Shown piece after piece: positions 30,627 to 39,396 of a stretch of DNA of 64,000 nucleotides. Position 1 is the stretch's first letter. Every line of letters begins with the position of its first letter. Source of the stretch: Thermoplasmatota archaeon (GTDB lineage Archaea > Thermoplasmatota > Penumbrarchaeia > Penumbrarchaeales > Penumbrarchaeaceae). The notes beneath the pieces were generated by a model. That model was not told the origin of the DNA. It was given only the letters and a program-made list of their open reading frames with translations, and did not search any database. The position numbers and the translations under genes were made by a program. Location: NCBI GenBank assembly GCA_965234725.1, contig CBDDUX010000038.1, positions 8,257-72,256 on the forward strand, in the 5' to 3' direction.

Positions 30627-32159
30627 ATGGATATCCAAGAGGAAGAGGGAAGGATGCCATCCATTGTCATTGTTGGAATTGGCGGTGGTGGGTCCAGGAT
30701 ACTATCAGATGGAATGGAAAAGGTCATCAAATACATCAATGTGGATAGATACAACTGCCTGGCGAGAGCTGTAAGGGCAAACACCGAAAGGCCTCTCACT
30801 TTCATCGTGGATACCTCTTCGGATCCCACCCGAAAGGGATTCTTCGAGAACATTCCGGATGACCAGAAGATATCACTTTCAGAATCTGCTCGTGGTATGT
30901 CCAGAGGTGCGGGAGGGAGACCGGGTCGGGCAGCAAAGGCAGTTCTTAATGATGAAGTCGTCAAGAACCTTGCATTCAATCTCTATAAACCGATCTCAGA
31001 AGCAGAACCTGCCATTGTTGTGATCATCCATACAGCAGACGGAGGAACCGGAGGAGGTCTGACTCCCGAGGTAATCCATCATCTTGGTTACTGCTTGCCC
31101 ATGTCCACAATATTCTGGATCTTCACCGTACTTCCGAAAAGAACAGCACTCTCTCTCCTGGGTCCAAGGACCGTGGCTCCCACAATGGGGAAACTCTTGA
31201 AGGTAGCAAGAAGGGTCACACGGAGGGATTTTACAAATATTCCATTCCGCTGCAGAGAGGTTATAAATTCAGCCATAAAACTGAAAAAGCTGGACCAGTC
31301 ATATGAGTTCCAGCATTCTCGTATCGCAATTTTTCCACTCTCCAATCACCATTTCGCCCAGTGCATGGAAGGTTTCGGCGGGAAACAGATAAGGGAAGAG
31401 GTTCTAAATCCATTCCCGATAGAACTCCTTTCCCAGGCTCTTTATCCTTATCTGAAATATAATGTCGCAACTTATGATGAACAGGTCTGGATGCAGGAGA
31501 ACTGGCCTCTCGGTCCGATAGACATCCCGGACATCATGGCGGGTCTCACATCTGAAAGGCCCTTTGTGATCCCTCACCTTTTTGTGGATCCTGATATAGA
31601 TGATCAGGATAGTATTGAGAGTGTGGTTAAGGACCTGGAGGAGGGGAGGATAAGATTGGAAGTTCAGAATGGGGAAAAAGGGAGTGAGGATCTGGGCCTC
31701 TTCACTTTCACAGGTTCCTCATCAGCTCTCTTCGAGTTCAGAGCAACATCACTCTACTGCATCCCCATATACCCGGAGGGCAGTTCATATTTCGACAGTT
31801 TTGGAGATTTCGTGTCTGATATCTGGTTTCCATCACTCTCAGGGAAATTAAAATTCATCACAGGGAAACAGGGATTGAAACTAGGGGTCATCAGCCATGC
31901 AGCCAATCTCAAACCCCAACCGATCCCAAGACCTCCAGGAGATATCGACCTGGGTTTCAAAAATGGACTTTTAGTCACACTTCTGTTTGGCGCGGTTCCC
32001 AAGGACCTACCTATCTGGCTTGAGGCGACAAGAGATATCATAGAAGGATACAAGACAGAGGATTTCTGGGAAGTATCCGGATATGATGCAAGGGATTGGT
32101 TGAACGAGATCTCAGCTTATGTTGGATGGCCTGATTGGCCTTACAAGAAATATAATTAG
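30627..32159 (+). CDS. Divergent FtsZ/tubulin-superfamily GTPase (510 aa) with long non-canonical C-terminal region
   Basis: T1 loop IVIVGIGGGGSRI. T3-like SRGAGGRPGRAAKAVLNDEVV (compare FtsZ GLGAGGNPKIGEEAA). T4 tubulin signature TADGGTGGGLTP. Putative T7 RRDFTN in place of NxDFAD. Confidence 0.55.
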   Translation: MDIQEEEGRMPSIVIVGIGGGGSRILSDGMEKVIKYINVDRYNCLARAVRANTERPLTFIVDTSSDPTRKGFFENIPDDQKISLSESARGMSRGAGGRPGRAAKAVLNDEVVKNLAFNLYKPISEAEPAIVVIIHTADGGTGGGLTPEVIHHLGYCLPMSTIFWIFTVLPKRTALSLLGPRTVAPTMGKLLKVARRVTRRDFTNIPFRCREVINSAIKLKKLDQSYEFQHSRIAIFPLSNHHFAQCMEGFGGKQIREEVLNPFPIELLSQALYPYLKYNVATYDEQVWMQENWPLGPIDIPDIMAGLTSERPFVIPHLFVDPDIDDQDSIESVVKDLEEGRIRLEVQNGEKGSEDLGLFTFTGSSSALFEFRATSLYCIPIYPEGSSYFDSFGDFVSDIWFPSLSGKLKFITGKQGLKLGVISHAANLKPQPIPRPPGDIDLGFKNGLLVTLLFGAVPKDLPIWLEATRDIIEGYKTEDFWEVSGYDARDWLNEISAYVGWPDWPYKKYN

Positions 32160-32165
32160 AATATA

Positions 32166-32213
32166 TCTGGAAATTCTTAGGTAATTACTAATTGATCAAC
32201 AATTTCCAGATTT
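32166..32213. repeat. 48-bp self-palindromic element, copy 1 (tctggaaattcttaggtaattactaattgatcaacaatttccagattt)
   Basis: Exact direct repeat of copy 2. Contains 9-bp inverted repeat ctggaaatt/aatttccag plus internal palindromes gtaattac and ttgatcaa. Followed by T-rich run. Confidence 0.8.
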
Positions 32214-32372
32214 TATTTATCTGGCAACTCACTTGCGTCACTGATATAGAAAAACGTGAATTCGAGACCATTGTAAAAAACAGGCTTCGCCTTAGGTTTT
32301 TTACTGTCCTTCGCATCACAGATACGAAGGCCCAGCAACAGTAGATCGTCAATTTCAAGAACTACTGTGCGG

Positions 32373-32420
32373 GTCTGGAAATTCTTAGGTAATTACTAAT
32401 TGATCAACAATTTCCAGATT
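32373..32420. repeat. 48-bp self-palindromic element, copy 2
   Basis: Identical 48-mer 159 bp downstream of copy 1. Confidence 0.8.
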
Positions 32421-32423
32421 TAA

Positions 32424-32460
32424 ATAAAAAAAAAGGGGAAGGTCAACAAAGACCTCCCCC
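32424..32460 (-). terminator. Hairpin + U10 terminator downstream of giant surface-protein gene
   Basis: On - strand GGGGGAGGUC-uuuguu-GACCUUCCCC followed by 10 U, about 25 nt after the stop at 32487. Confidence 0.4.
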
Positions 32461-32486
32461 ATCAGGTTCTTCTCTCAAACCGGTTC

Positions 32487-35400
32487 TCAGATCCTCTTGG
32501 TGGTCTTCAGCAAGAGCGCAGCTCCGACGAGTGCGACAATGGCCAGCAGGATGATGAGCATGGTGGAGATTATCGGGTTGTTGTTCACCAGCTCCTTCAC
32601 AACAAAGCTGCCCTGGACCTTGACGGTCCTGCTAACTGAGTTGCTGTCTCCTTCTCCTCCGGGTGCTTCAACAACGGTGTTCTCAGGATCGAGAATTACC
32701 TCGACCTTGTGATCACCTGCTTCTGCGACCCAGGAGAAGATGACCGTCTTCTCATCGGTCTCATTGTCTCCGTTCCTTACTGACCTCAGGGTCGAGACCT
32801 TCTTCTCCTCACCATCGATCTTCAGCTGGACATCCACGTTCTCTGCGGGGATATCACCGACGTTCTTGATCTTCACTATAATAGTGAGGACATCACCGAC
32901 GGTGGCATGATAACCGCTGTCTGCGTTACCACCCGAGAATTCCACTGCCCTGCCCTTATCGTCCTTCACGAAGACGAGATCGGGGAACAGGACCTCGAGC
33001 TTGATGATGGTCTCATTCCAATCGTTCGGACCACCCTCTCCGCGACCTGCGACAGAGATGTCTGTGGTCGCTGAGGACTGGACCTCGAACCTCGGAGCCT
33101 TCAAAGTCAGATGGACCCATGCGGTCTGACCCTTATCCAGGACAAGGGTTATGTCGCGGATCTCGTTCAGGTTGGATCCAGAAACCGCTGCTGCGGTGAA
33201 GTTCGGTGTGTAGTAAACATCCGCCACCAGATTCGAGATCGGGATCTCGTTGGTGAAGTCGAAGGGTCTTATGTTGGTCGTGAAGTCAGGTGTGTTGGCG
33301 ATTGCAACAAACTTACCTTCCCAACCATCATAGAGGACCTCCATCTGGTCCCTGACCGGATCATACTGCTTTCCAAGCCTCAGGGTTACCCTCTCGAGGC
33401 CGTTTCCGTAGTTGCCGACCCGGAGGACGAATGGTTTCTCCTGGTCAGGCTGGATCTGGGCGGTCATGACATTGGTATCGTCCAGGGTTTCGACCTGTAG
33501 ATCGTATGTCTGATTCACATAGACCTTAACGTATACGACCTTGGATGAGCCTTCACCTGTCAGATTCACTCCAACAACATACCAACCGGTCCTTGTGTTT
33601 TCCGGGACCTTGATACGGCCGTTGATGAAGATATTGCTCTTCCAGTCCATGGTGAACTCATACTTCTGGTAACCTTCCAGATTGTAGAAGGTCAGATTCC
33701 AATCAAGGAGGATCTCGTAGGCATTGGGCATGATCATGTCCTCGCCGTTCCCAAGGTTGGATACCTGCATCCTGAACCATACGTTGTTGCCGGGATCCAC
33801 CCTTACACTGTCCTTTTCAATTACCACCGCATCGAACTCATAGACATGGTTGACTATGACCGTCAGCGGAGCAGAAGCACGGATATTGGTGGCATCTTTG
33901 ACCACACCTATCACATTCAGGACCAGCTTCTGATTTGCTCCAACGTATCCGGGGGCAGTTACTCTGATGGTAACAGGTCTTGTCTGTCCCTGGTATACCG
34001 CCTGGGGTTCCTCGGGATATCTAACTGTCCAGCCAGGCTGCTTACCTTCTATTGAGAGTACAACATAGATAATATCCTTGTTACCAAGGTTGGTTATCTC
34101 AAGTGTGTATTCCACAGTTCCGTTCGGATCAACATATTTGGTGGAATCCTCGATCCTGAGCTGAAGTTCGTTCACCTCACCGACTATCATGATCAGTTTG
34201 TCGACCTTGATGATATCCTCGATAACTGCTTCCTTGGACCTTCCGGAAACACCGGTCAATATGATGGGGATCTGTGTATCCTTGGTAGCATCGATGGGAC
34301 ATTTCACCTTTACGGTGAATGAAGTTCCGGTGATCCCACCGAACTGTTCGGCAAGAGGCGGCGCAGTAAGGGATATGTTCGCTGTAATATCTCCGGTCTC
34401 AACGAAATACCAATCCCAACCAGCATCCAGTGGAGGCGGGCTGAGTGTAAGCTCGTAGGTATCATTGAGGTTGCCCTTGTTCAGTACGGATATCGTGTAT
34501 ATACCTTCAGCTCCCGGATTGATCTTGTCCCATTTCTCGCCAACAAGCGGATCAAGGGGATCGGTGGAAGGTTGTTTCAGGTAGTTCAACTCGAAATCCA
34601 CGAACAGGTCCAGGATCGTCAGGGTGGTTATCGAATCCGAAGCGAACTGGTCCTGTGAAGAGTTGGCAGATACATTGATCCTTGCCATCTCTCCGATGTC
34701 ACCTTCCCACGGAGCATAGACCGTCAACTGAAGGAAAGCAACCTCTTGTGAAGCGAGTCTCACATAGCTCGGATTATCGTTTCCTCTGTCTGGGGGTGTG
34801 TCCAGGAAGACAGACCAGCCCTGGGGGATGGAATCCTGCTCGACTTCAACATAGATAACGTCCTTGTTGACCTCTGAGATGCCCTTTCCGGTGTTCTCAA
34901 CGGTCAGGTTGTATGTGACATATGATCCGGGCTGGGCGGACTTCACAACGGTGTCCAGGGGTTGTCCGGTCTCTATGTCCTTCCTGGGATAGATATCCAC
35001 ACCGAAGGAGGTCTGGGGGTTGTAGAATCCGGTCCTGTTGAGATCATAGTGGAACTCGGCCCAATCGGCCTGGCCCTTTACGGACCTTCCACCAGCGGAG
35101 ATGCAGTAGACATGGCCTTCCTGGTCTCCAATGACGACCTCAAGCATACCATCCAGATCTATGTCACCAACCACTGGTGATGAGATCCCTATGGGGACTG
35201 TGGTGTCGTAAACCCAGAGAACATCCTGGGTAGGACCGTCTCCCGGATATGGTACTCCTTCATCTATACCATCGGACGGATCTCCATCGAAACAGAAGAC
35301 CTTGCCCGAATCAGAACCTATAACGATCTCCAATTCATCATCATTGTTGATATTACATATCGCGGGAGAAGACATACATCTTCCACCCGTATCGAAAGAC

Positions 35401-36725
35401 CATAGAAGGTTATGATATTCAGTGTTCATCACATACATCATACCATTATCGGATCCGAAGACCACCTCATAGTCGAGATGCTTCTCTTCGGGATCGTCCT
35501 TTGCCACCTGAAGATCGGCAACTGCCGGTGATGAGAAAATGGAGGCACGGGAACTGCCGGTCTGGTAGTCCCAGAGCTTCTTTCCGGAAGGAGTATAGAC
35601 ATAGAGCTTTCCGCCCCATCCGGTCCAGGTCCTCGGATATCCTTCGGAACATCCGATGAAGATCTCACACTCTGGGGAACCTGTGACGTTTGCAACAGCG
35701 GATGTTGCATAGGTCTGGTGACCTCCCAGATATCCGCTTGTGCTCTCGTCATAGTTGGGTTTCCCCTCAGCGTTCTCTCCCTGCCTTTCCCAGATCCTCA
35801 GACCCCTATCGTGGTTTCCTATGATGAGCTCGGTGTCCCTTTCCTTGGATGGATCAGGATTGATCAGCTCTGGACCATCCCAGAAATCACCATCAAGGTC
35901 GTGGGCGACGACAGAGCATCCGATAAGACCTCCCTCACCGCCGGTCGGAGCTTCTTCTCTGAAGATCGCACCACCGTCGACCTCGAAGGCCTCCATCCAA
36001 CCCTTCCTTCCTTCATCATCGGAAGCAAGGACGATCTCAAGGTCCTCCTTGTCACCAGTCCAATCTCCTTCAAGATCGGTGATACAGGCTGTGGAGAAGT
36101 AATATCCAGTTGTCAATCCCTTCTTCCACTGCTTCTCTCCATCCGATCCGATACAAAGGGCTCCGTCCTTCACACCAATGATGATCTCGGGAGTATCACC
36201 AAGGTTCACATCAGCCGCAATGACCGATGCAAAGATGTGCGGAGGATCGAAATCGAGACCGGACGTACCAGCCGTCTGTCCGAGATAATCTATGACATCA
36301 TCACCATACGGATTGGGCCAAAAATAGCCCCCGTCAGGTCGTAATGCATAGATGTAATCACCAGCAGAGGCGATGACGACCTCAAGATCGTTGTCATTGT
36401 CCAGATCGACAATGGCAGGGGAAGAGAGATATTCTCCCTCAGCCTCGAACAAGGTGGTCTGCCATTCCAGCTGACCTCCGCCAGACCTGGTGATGTAGTC
36501 ATTCACAAGCGGGTTTCCAGTATCATCTACGGGTGCCTTGATCTGACCAAATTTCTCGAAGAGATCCCTCTTCGAATTGAGCCAGGTATCGAAAACAAGG
36601 TTGTCGACATCAACTGTATCGACATATTTGTAAAGCACATATCCCCCAATGGCCGAAGCCGTGAGGAGCATCAGGATGCCCCCCATGAGCAGTAGTCCCT
36701 TGGGGTGGAATCTTTCTGTAATCAT
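32487..36725 (-). CDS. Giant cell-surface protein (1412 aa): signal anchor, FG-GAP/PQQ-like beta-propeller repeats, multiple CARDB/Ig-like domains, C-terminal TM
   Basis: Repeated VIGSD.G.VY motifs (propeller blades). Repeated ...Y.L.V.N.GN... Ig-like units. C-terminal TM IISTMLIILLAIVALVGAALLL + KTTKRI. Confidence 0.65.
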   Translation of the reverse strand: MITERFHPKGLLLMGGILMLLTASAIGGYVLYKYVDTVDVDNLVFDTWLNSKRDLFEKFGQIKAPVDDTGNPLVNDYITRSGGGQLEWQTTLFEAEGEYLSSPAIVDLDNDNDLEVVIASAGDYIYALRPDGGYFWPNPYGDDVIDYLGQTAGTSGLDFDPPHIFASVIAADVNLGDTPEIIIGVKDGALCIGSDGEKQWKKGLTTGYYFSTACITDLEGDWTGDKEDLEIVLASDDEGRKGWMEAFEVDGGAIFREEAPTGGEGGLIGCSVVAHDLDGDFWDGPELINPDPSKERDTELIIGNHDRGLRIWERQGENAEGKPNYDESTSGYLGGHQTYATSAVANVTGSPECEIFIGCSEGYPRTWTGWGGKLYVYTPSGKKLWDYQTGSSRASIFSSPAVADLQVAKDDPEEKHLDYEVVFGSDNGMMYVMNTEYHNLLWSFDTGGRCMSSPAICNINNDDELEIVIGSDSGKVFCFDGDPSDGIDEGVPYPGDGPTQDVLWVYDTTVPIGISSPVVGDIDLDGMLEVVIGDQEGHVYCISAGGRSVKGQADWAEFHYDLNRTGFYNPQTSFGVDIYPRKDIETGQPLDTVVKSAQPGSYVTYNLTVENTGKGISEVNKDVIYVEVEQDSIPQGWSVFLDTPPDRGNDNPSYVRLASQEVAFLQLTVYAPWEGDIGEMARINVSANSSQDQFASDSITTLTILDLFVDFELNYLKQPSTDPLDPLVGEKWDKINPGAEGIYTISVLNKGNLNDTYELTLSPPPLDAGWDWYFVETGDITANISLTAPPLAEQFGGITGTSFTVKVKCPIDATKDTQIPIILTGVSGRSKEAVIEDIIKVDKLIMIVGEVNELQLRIEDSTKYVDPNGTVEYTLEITNLGNKDIIYVVLSIEGKQPGWTVRYPEEPQAVYQGQTRPVTIRVTAPGYVGANQKLVLNVIGVVKDATNIRASAPLTVIVNHVYEFDAVVIEKDSVRVDPGNNVWFRMQVSNLGNGEDMIMPNAYEILLDWNLTFYNLEGYQKYEFTMDWKSNIFINGRIKVPENTRTGWYVVGVNLTGEGSSKVVYVKVYVNQTYDLQVETLDDTNVMTAQIQPDQEKPFVLRVGNYGNGLERVTLRLGKQYDPVRDQMEVLYDGWEGKFVAIANTPDFTTNIRPFDFTNEIPISNLVADVYYTPNFTAAAVSGSNLNEIRDITLVLDKGQTAWVHLTLKAPRFEVQSSATTDISVAGRGEGGPNDWNETIIKLEVLFPDLVFVKDDKGRAVEFSGGNADSGYHATVGDVLTIIVKIKNVGDIPAENVDVQLKIDGEEKKVSTLRSVRNGDNETDEKTVIFSWVAEAGDHKVEVILDPENTVVEAPGGEGDSNSVSRTVKVQGSFVVKELVNNNPIISTMLIILLAIVALVGAALLLKTTKRI

Positions 36726-36892
36726 TTTTCCATACCTCCTTTCTAAGAACCGGTCATACGTTTCCTACAACCAAATTATCCCTGGCGATGATATTAATAC
36801 ATTCCTGTACACGACTTGTATCGATCACCTGGACTTATTAGCGGGTTGGGGTTCAAAGTCTTTGTCTTATAAAAGAATAATGGGATTTACCA

Positions 36893-37462
36893 TTAGTATG
36901 CGTCCAGGTTTGGTTTGTTAACAAGCTCTTCCTTTATGAGAGGAATGATCTTGTAAGGGAGGATGTTCTTGTTTATAGGAGTGACCTCCAAAATTCGGAC
37001 ATCATCCCTCCTTCGGATATCCTGTAATAGTGGATTCCTGGATTTCTTGTGAAGTGTGAGGAGAAGTGGTTTATCAGCCTCCAGAGCCTCTTTAACAGCC
37101 TCCACGAACTGTTTTGATTCCACCTCCAGCTTCCCAACCTCATCAATGACTATGACATCAGCCTCATAAGTGGACCTTCTAATTGCAGCGACCCCGATAC
37201 CATCGAGGGCGTCCATATCTATCCCGTAATCAAGGAACCGGATCTCAGAGACCATGTCGGTCCGGGCCAATACTCCCTCTTCCTTTGTAAGTAGGTCCTG
37301 GACCATGAAACCGACCTTAACTCCCCGTTCTATGATACCGTCGGTTATCATGCCGCCTACCTTTATCCCCTCTGCCTCAAGCATCTCGACGACCTTTCTA
37401 AGGGCATGGGTCTTTCCAGCTCCAGGTAATCCGGTGATACCTATCTTTATCTTCTTAGACAC
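36893..37462 (-). CDS. Nucleoside-triphosphatase THEP1 family (COG1618)
   Basis: P-loop GITGLPGAGKTH at N-terminus, 189 aa, Walker B VIVIDEVG. Typical archaeal THEP1. Confidence 0.7.
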   Translation of the reverse strand: MSKKIKIGITGLPGAGKTHALRKVVEMLEAEGIKVGGMITDGIIERGVKVGFMVQDLLTKEEGVLARTDMVSEIRFLDYGIDMDALDGIGVAAIRRSTYEADVIVIDEVGKLEVESKQFVEAVKEALEADKPLLLTLHKKSRNPLLQDIRRRDDVRILEVTPINKNILPYKIIPLIKEELVNKPNLDAY

Positions 37463-37670
37463 TTATTCTCACCAACCCCTGTTCAGATTCGCCCCACAGG
37501 TCTTTTTACCGTAATATCAACGACCCTAATTAATCTATGGATTTCAATTCTATCCGAACTACCTGGAATATCTTAAGAAGGATAAAAAAAGTAAATTTCC
37601 TTTATGCTATCAGACCAATACGAAAAGTATTTAGGGGTTTTTAGGATATGGTATATGGAGGTGAAAATGG

Positions 37671-37907
37671 ATGGTGATAGGATTCATTCTTATAAGTACG
37701 GCGCCGGCTAAGGAACATGACGTTTTCAAATCACTGATGAACGTCCCGGAGATAGTTGAACTTCACCCCCTGTTTGGAGAGTACGATCTGATCGCCAAGA
37801 TCGAGGCAAGGGATTTCAATACATTGGGCCAGATCGTGGTCGAAAAAGTGAGGTCAATACCCGGGGTCATCGATACAAAGACCCTGACCGGGATTAAGTT
37901 CACTTGA
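37671..37907 (+). CDS. Stand-alone Lrp/AsnC C-terminal (RAM) ligand-binding domain protein
   Basis: 78 aa. IVELHPLFGEYDLIAKIEARDFNTLGQIV...IPGVIDTKTL matches AsnC_trans_reg domain. Confidence 0.6.
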   Translation: MVIGFILISTAPAKEHDVFKSLMNVPEIVELHPLFGEYDLIAKIEARDFNTLGQIVVEKVRSIPGVIDTKTLTGIKFT

Positions 37908-37931
37908 GGCAAAACCTTCCGGTCGATCCAC

Positions 37932-38414
37932 ATGCTTGATCAGTTAGTAGTGAAACATAGAGTACCGTCCAAGGGCATGCCAAGGACGGTCCTTCTTTTT
38001 CTTATCATCTGCACCCTCATAACTCTATCATTTATCTCCATCCCGGCAAATGGTGCTGAGGAAGATGACAGCTCGGAACATGAATACCATAATAACGAGT
38101 TGACCTTTCTTTTGATCTCCTTTGTAATGACATACGGAGCCACTGCTGTTCTAGTTAGTATTTTCACATTCAAATATGGCCAGGGAAAAGCAAAGATCAT
38201 TGCGATCCCCATGCTTATTTCAGGTCTGTTGATCTGGTTTACCTGGATCTATTTCAAGTTCATTATCAAAGCCGCCTTCCCGGATGATACCATATTGAAT
38301 ATCATTCATTGGTCCGCAGCACCCATCCTGAAACCATTACTTGCCGTGGTAGGGGTTTTCCTTGGCGGGGGGCTTTCTTTGTTCATATTCCTCACCATGG
38401 TTGTTAGATCATGA
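37932..38414 (+). CDS. Small membrane protein (4 TM), hypothetical
   Basis: Hydrophobic helices throughout. Signal-like N-terminus. Confidence 0.45.
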   Translation: MLDQLVVKHRVPSKGMPRTVLLFLIICTLITLSFISIPANGAEEDDSSEHEYHNNELTFLLISFVMTYGATAVLVSIFTFKYGQGKAKIIAIPMLISGLLIWFTWIYFKFIIKAAFPDDTILNIIHWSAAPILKPLLAVVGVFLGGGLSLFIFLTMVVRS

Positions 38415-38618
38415 ACACTCGATCAAGATCGCAGACAATTGACCACATGTTTTATAAAAAAATCCCAAGATAACAAATAATTATCATTCAATATATCACA
38501 TATTTATAAAATATAAATATGATAAAAGAATAAAATAAGCAAAAATGGAAACGATCCCGATCACCCATACCAATCGACCGGGATAGTTTCAGATCTGCGA
38601 TCCAATAATTACGTTGTT

Positions 38619-39089
38619 CTATTCCAGGCCAAACTCAATGTGTTTTATACCTTCATCTGATATCTTGAATCTTCCCTGTTTCCGGCCCTGATTGAGAAGA
38701 CCATCTCCCATGAGCTTCCTGAAATAATAGGTCATATTTCCAGGGACCTCGATCATGTTCTTTTTCATGAAACCGATCATTTCCTTGGAGCGGAACTCCC
38801 TTTTCCTTAGTTTCTTGTTGATGCAGAATGCAGAAACGAGCACTTTCATATCATTGTTCTTACCATCAAGTTTCGGAAGAAGGTCACCGATCTCCAATGC
38901 TTTGACATCGATAGATGGCTTCGGTTTTGGCTTTGGACCCCTTTTCGCAGGTGCACCCTTGGATCTCTGTTTGGGAAAGATGACCTTGATCTCCTTGAAA
39001 ACACCGTCAACGAATTCCTTATCTCCCTCGATCTCAATAAGATTCCTTCCATTCCTTACCTTTATCTTGTATAATTCCTTGGATTCCAT
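38619..39089 (-). CDS. Basic DNA-binding protein: N-domain + KP-rich linker + C-terminal winged helix
   Basis: KRGPKPKPKPS linker. C-terminal LVSAFCINKKLRKREFRSKEMIGFMKKNMIEVPGNMTYYFRKLMGDGLL wH-like. Embedded in AT-rich flanks. Confidence 0.45.
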   Translation of the reverse strand: MESKELYKIKVRNGRNLIEIEGDKEFVDGVFKEIKVIFPKQRSKGAPAKRGPKPKPKPSIDVKALEIGDLLPKLDGKNNDMKVLVSAFCINKKLRKREFRSKEMIGFMKKNMIEVPGNMTYYFRKLMGDGLLNQGRKQGRFKISDEGIKHIEFGLE

Positions 39090-39396
39090 GTGATGGGATT
39101 ATCTATTTCATATATAATATTATAGAATAAAATTTTAATAGAGATTGGAATGATTTGTTTTAATAATTTTTTAATCACTCTTAATTTATATCATTGATAT
39201 TCCTTTGGACCGTAAAGAAAATTAATGGAAATTTTTCCCCATAAGAATTATCCAATAGATAGCCAGTATACTTGAAAATGATCCGATAAGAATAACATCC
39301 GAACGGTAGGTTCAAGACCAAAACACACCAGATCGGATATTCCATTCCATTTGACTTTCAAAGGTGGAGGTCCGAGAGAAAAAATAGCGCAATATT

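Noticed and set aside
32166-32420. Possible CRISPR array
   Set aside because: Only two repeat copies, separated by a 159-bp spacer (far longer than CRISPR spacers), and no cas genes nearby.
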